DNA from: Bacillota bacterium
Lineage (GTDB): Bacteria > Bacillota > Bacilli > Paenibacillales > JBEGSW01
DNA length: 56,531 nucleotides
Direction of reading: 5' to 3'
Assembly: GCA_041179705.1 (NCBI GenBank)
Contig: JBEGSW010000045.1
Span: 1 to 56,531 of the forward strand
The stretch's first letter is position 1. Every line of letters starts with the position of its first letter. Shown here one piece after another: positions 55,085-56,531 of this stretch. The translations under genes and the position numbers were made by a program. Under the pieces are notes generated by a model that ran no database searches, had not been told where the DNA came from, and saw nothing but the letters and a program-made list of their open reading frames with translations.

Positions 55085-55878
55085 TTCGAGGGAAGTTCCG
55101 ATTGCGCTTTAGGGCGTGGGTCGCGAACTTCTTCGTTTTTTATGTCCGTCTGTGTAATGAGTTGGGAGACTGTTTGGAACGTATATCCTTTCTCACGCAA
55201 TTGGTCAATAATTTGTGGCAACGCTTCGTGGGTTTGCAAACAAGAGTCGCTCGCATGCAGTAATATAATATCGCCTGGATGGGCACGCTTAACAACGCGG
55301 TTCACGATCTGATTCACTCCGGGATTTTTCCAGTCTAATGAATCGGTATCCCATTGAATAACTTTATAGCCAAGTTCGTTGGCGACCCGTAGCACTCTAC
55401 GATCGAAATCCCCGTTAGGCATTCGAATGAGATTAGGTGATTTGCCAGTTGCGTCGCTCAAAATCTGATGTGCCGTCCGAATTTGTGTGCGTATTGCATC
55501 TTCTTCTAATGAACTATAGTTGAGGTGTTTATGGCCATGACTGCCAATCTCATACCCCGCTTTGATGATTTTTTCAACAATCGCAGGGTGGTCGCGCGTC
55601 CAAGGCGAGGATAAGAAGAAGGTCGCTTCTTTCACTCCTTTGTCTGCCAAGACATCCAGAATTGGTTCTGCCCGCTTTTCTCCCCAACTAATATCAAATG
55701 TTAAGGCGACAACTTTTTGATTCGTTTGCACACGATAGATTGCTGAAGGTTCTGACGAAGAAAATACAGGCACATGTTTCGCCTCAGCCCAAAAGACACC
55801 TCCTGCAAATAAACTTACGAGCGCAAGTAAAGCAAATCGTTTTACCTGTTTGGCATGCATAACCCAGAAGATGTTCAC
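55081..55878 (-). CDS. pdaB: polysaccharide deacetylase family sporulation protein PdaB
   Basis: VALTFDISWG, EIGSHGHKH, RMPNGDF, WDTDSLDWKNPG, GDIILLHASDS. Confidence 0.9.
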   Translation of the reverse strand: MNIFWVMHAKQVKRFALLALVSLFAGGVFWAEAKHVPVFSSSEPSAIYRVQTNQKVVALTFDISWGEKRAEPILDVLADKGVKEATFFLSSPWTRDHPAIVEKIIKAGYEIGSHGHKHLNYSSLEEDAIRTQIRTAHQILSDATGKSPNLIRMPNGDFDRRVLRVANELGYKVIQWDTDSLDWKNPGVNQIVNRVVKRAHPGDIILLHASDSCLQTHEALPQIIDQLREKGYTFQTVSQLITQTDIKNEEVRDPRPKAQSELPSN

Positions 55879-55907
55879 GTGATTTCCCCTTCCATCTCAT
55901 TTCTAGA

Positions 55908-55936
55908 AATTTATGTATGAAGGAAGCGGGGTATGA
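55908..55936 (-). promoter_or_regulatory. putative sigma-E promoter of pdaB
   Basis: Minus strand TCATACC-14bp-CATAAATT. Confidence 0.55.
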
Positions 55937-56062
55937 TTTTGGCAAACGTGACAATTTTGTGACTGTTTTGATTAAATGATGAGATAATAATTTTTTAGGA
56001 ATTTGCACATAACATCCTACAAGGGATCGTTTCCCTTTTAAGATGTTGAGGGGGTGCAGAAA

Positions 56063-56272
56063 ATGTTAGGGATGTTATTAAATGATCACGAGTGTCATGA
56101 ATTGAATTTCATGTTACGAAAAGAACTAGATGAAATGTTATTTGATTTACAAGACAATCAGTTAGATCCAACGTTGAAAATGGCTATACGTTCAAGATAT
56201 AAGATGGTGTTCCGCTTGTTCTCACGGTTTGCAACACCTAAGGAGTTATCCCGATATACGTTGGTGAAGTAG
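56063..56272 (+). CDS. small conserved hypothetical protein
   Basis: SD gagggggtg, ATG 56063, MLGMLLNDHECHELNFMLRKELDEMLFDL..., followed by a terminator. Confidence 0.7.
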   Translation: MLGMLLNDHECHELNFMLRKELDEMLFDLQDNQLDPTLKMAIRSRYKMVFRLFSRFATPKELSRYTLVK

Positions 56273-56281
56273 GATGCACAT

Positions 56282-56322
56282 AAGACTGGACGATAACTCG
56301 TCTAGTCTTTTATTTATTTTTT
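56282..56322 (+). terminator. intrinsic terminator
   Basis: aagactggacga-taac-tcgtctagtctt + T-rich tail. Confidence 0.8.
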
Positions 56323-56334
56323 GTAAAGAAAGGG

Positions 56335-56531
56335 TTGACTATGGTCGCCAGGTTTGATAATTTATAAATCGCCGCTGAAATTGCTTCGGCTTATGTGAAT
56401 AATTAAATTCAAAATAAGTCTTGCAATGGGGTTGGCGGATGTGATATATTGTTTGAGTCGCCATTGGGGCGGCGGTTGATCTTTGAAAACTGAAACGCGA
56501 GTGCCGAGTAGATACGGGGTCCCGTATTTAC
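56335..56531 (+). promoter_or_regulatory. rRNA operon tandem promoters P1/P2 and leader (16S gene lies beyond window)
   Basis: P1 TTGACT-17-TAATTT (56335-56363), P2 TTGCAA-18-TATATT (56421-56450), leader/boxA-like element gatctttgaaaactgaa at 56478-56494. Confidence 0.8.

Noticed and set aside
56478-56531. 16S rRNA gene
   Set aside because: Only promoters and leader are present; the mature 16S 5' sequence (agagtttgatc) is not within the window

Overview
This is the core transcription/translation superoperon region of a spore-forming Bacillota genome, most likely Paenibacillaceae (inferred from the extended L24 N-terminus, the rplQ-truA adjacency and the rpsI-cysH-sat-cwlD order). Gene order: yacL(partial)-ispD-ispF-gltX-[Cys T-box]-cysE-cysS-mrnC-rlmB-rae1-sigH-rpmG-secE-nusG-rplKA-rplJL-ybxB-rpoBC-ybxF-rpsLG-fusA-tuf, a ~7.7 kb AT-richer starch/maltodextrin locus, the S10-spc-alpha operons, truA, rplM-rpsI, cysH-sat, cwlD, mrp/salA, gerD, kbaA, pdaB, a small conserved gene and the tandem promoters/leader of an rRNA operon at the right edge. 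The only accessory segment lies between tuf and rpsJ. It encodes a LacI/MalR regulator, a secreted NON-catalytic protein of three tandem X25-like starch-binding repeats plus an Ig-like (Big_2) domain, a maltodextrin ABC binding protein, two permeases and a secreted GH13 alpha-amylase. All three exported proteins have cleavable (SPase I-type) signal peptides, no lipobox cysteine and no SLH/LPxTG anchor, which is unusual for a monoderm ABC system. This is the best candidate for an undescribed starch-capture system. No CRISPR, transposase, integrase or tRNA was seen. All calls come from motif recognition by eye; no database search was run.
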